From a virus (taxonomy: Duplodnaviria > Caudoviricetes): a stretch of DNA of 64,000 nucleotides. The notes beneath the pieces were generated by a model, which saw only the letters and a program-made list of their open reading frames with translations, did not search any database and was not told the origin of the DNA. Positions 62,631-64,000 of the stretch are shown one piece after another; position 1 is the stretch's first letter, and every line of letters starts with the position of its first letter. The DNA lies in IMG/VR virus record IMGVR_UViG_3300027566_000003; one strand, given 5' to 3'. Made by a program: the position numbers and the translations under genes.

Positions 62631-63155
62631 TTATAGTAATTGTAATCTCTTCACATACTTTTTCGCATCTTGTTTAAGCATAGGTGGCAATCCTACCACC
62701 GTAAGACTTCCATAAGGAATTTCGGTTAACCCATTATCCCTTATGTAATAAAACCCTGCGTCAATTAACTTCTCCAAATCCTTTTGTTTACCACGCAAAA
62801 TTATTTTCTTTTGATCTAATTCATACCATTGCCAAAATAATCCCCATCGTTTAAAACTATTTTCTACTGCAATTATTGTTGCAACATGAGCTACTTGGGC
62901 AGCAACCTTCCCTGGGCTTAGGTTTAATTCTGAATTCACGATAAAATATTCTACAATTTCAAATTCCTCTGGTTTAATAAAACTCATATTAAATTCCTCT
63001 TTACAATTAGGACAATTAAAATAACTACCACTAGAATTTTGTTCGATAGGTATGATGTCTACAATATCATATTTTTTAAATTGTTTTTTAGTTTCTCTAT
63101 TCCATTCTTCAGATGTTGATAACGCTCCGCAATTTGGGCATATGTATTTTTTCAT
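62631..63155 (-). CDS. Zn-ribbon::Pth2 peptidyl-tRNA hydrolase fusion (copy 2)
   Basis: CPNCG...CPNCK N-terminus, then NSELNLSPGKVAAQVAH...; 60-bp block identical to copy 1. Confidence 0.85.
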   Translation of the reverse strand: MKKYICPNCGALSTSEEWNRETKKQFKKYDIVDIIPIEQNSSGSYFNCPNCKEEFNMSFIKPEEFEIVEYFIVNSELNLSPGKVAAQVAHVATIIAVENSFKRWGLFWQWYELDQKKIILRGKQKDLEKLIDAGFYYIRDNGLTEIPYGSLTVVGLPPMLKQDAKKYVKRLQLL

Positions 63156-63851
63156 TTTTTATTTTCCTTTTTACTCCTTTAAATCTGTTCTTTAAGGTTA
63201 TTCAATAAAAAATTTTAGTTCAGGAAATGTCTCAATTGATAATATTTTACCTGCTAGTCTTACCCATTTATCAACCGCAATAGGATTATTCATATATACT
63301 TTATCTGGTAAATGCTCTGCCAATTCTAGAACTGCTTTTGCTAAGTCAATCTTTTCTTGATCCATTATGTTTAGTTACCTCCTATCTATCTGAACACTTT
63401 CTATTTCAGATAATCTATAAATAATACAAGTCTTATCATTTTCTAAAGCATTAAAATCAGTTTTACTATTTAACAACCAATCTTCAAAGAATTCTTTAGT
63501 TAATTTAGCATCGGGATAATTATGTACTACTCCGCTTTTTAATTGAATTTTTATCGCCATTTAAAATCACTCCTTTTTTTTGATCCATTAAAACTGTTTC
63601 ATTTATTTGCTTCTCTAAAAGCATTTTTAAGCATCTTAAGTTCCATATTTTGAATTGTTTTTGTACTTGGAAATAATATATTATCAACACAATTGTTAAT
63701 AAAAACTAAAACCTCTTTGTCTGTCTTATTTAACCATTCTTGATCCTCCATAATTGTAGCAAAATATTCCCTATAATTTTGAATAAATTCTTTCATTATT
63801 TTCACCTCCATTTGATTAAAATAACTCTTTTGAGAGAGTTGTATTTTTTTA

Positions 63852-64000
63852 TTAGTCTTTCCCTGCAAATTCCTTATAATATTTCTGTCTCATTTCCTCT
63901 GCTAGTACCCCTGCTTTTTCTAAATCGTCAAACTTAAACCTACCAAAACATTTGCTCTTACCTTCAATTTGTAAAACTACAAACCATCTCTCATCTTTCT
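63852..64000 (-). CDS. C-terminal AP2-like domain, probably of an HNH/AP2 endonuclease starting beyond the window
   Basis: RWFVVLQIEGKSKCFGRF...DLEKAGVLAEEMRQKYYKEFAGKD*. Confidence 0.6.
   Translation of the reverse strand, partial: KDERWFVVLQIEGKSKCFGRFKFDDLEKAGVLAEEMRQKYYKEFAGKD

Larger units (their letters stand above)
1185..63195. repeat. Dispersed degenerate palindrome WTRAAA-N6-TTTYAW, often flanked CC...GG; about 30 copies at accessory gene junctions
   Basis: Examples: 4930 ATAGAA-TTCCAT-TTTCAT; 10149 TTGAAA-GAGATA-TTTTAT; 29221 ATAAAT-TCTTAA-TTTCAT; 34943 TTAAAA-TCAGTT-CTTTAT; 35583 TTGAAA-GATTCG-TTTTAT; 46928 CTAAAA-TCACAA-TTTTAA; 48348 TCAAAA-TCCTGA-TTTCAT; 49227 ATAGAA-TACATT-TTTTAT. 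Confidence 0.7.

Noticed and set aside
1717-63937. Most plus-strand track ORFs (e.g. 7779-8039, 15328-15669, 18342-18659, 19439-19804, 40436-40723, 55252-55467, 57222-57458)
   Set aside because: Antisense shadows of long, motif-bearing minus-strand genes; no RBS and atypical composition.
1-64000. tRNA, rRNA or tmRNA genes
   Set aside because: No T-loop (GTTCGA) cloverleaf or rRNA-like GC-rich segment was seen by eye; tRNAscan-SE or ARAGORN would be decisive.

Overview
AT-rich window from a large SPbeta-like temperate phage or prophage of a clostridial-type Firmicute. Host assignment is inferred from the agr-type genes and base composition. Essentially all genes lie on the minus strand. Left to right: a type II topoisomerase B subunit running off the left edge (missed by the ORF track); small accessory ORFs; dUTPase; class II ribonucleotide reductase with a 125-aa mini-intein; RecD2-like helicase with a 324-aa intein; an SPbeta yorF-yorL-like replication block (SSB, AAA ATPase, hypothetical, DnaB-like helicase, primase, RecJ, an HNH-AP2 insertion, DnaE); about 30 kb of small accessory genes including an RNA ligase, three orphan DNA methyltransferases, a DHH nuclease with an in-frame TGA, NAD-dependent ligase and two Pth2 genes; and a lysogeny-control region. 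The main hit: homologues of the SPbeta master repressors SroE (YopQ) and SroF (YopR/MrpR) sit directly downstream of an agr-like cyclic-peptide module. That module comprises a DUF5317-like protein, a kinase-less AgrC-like membrane protein, an unannotated 39-aa AgrD and AgrB, interleaved with an XRE-HTH::MazF fusion and preceded by a second orphan mazF. It occupies the position arbitrium holds in SPbeta. Second hit: about 30 copies of a degenerate palindrome (CC-n-WTRAAA-N6-TTTYAW-n-GG) at accessory gene junctions, shaped like tyrosine-recombinase sites. Also found: a pseudoknotted ncRNA candidate, a lone plus-strand 30-aa membrane peptide, and several probable AUU/AUC/AUA starts. All family assignments are by motif recognition from memory; no database searches were run.
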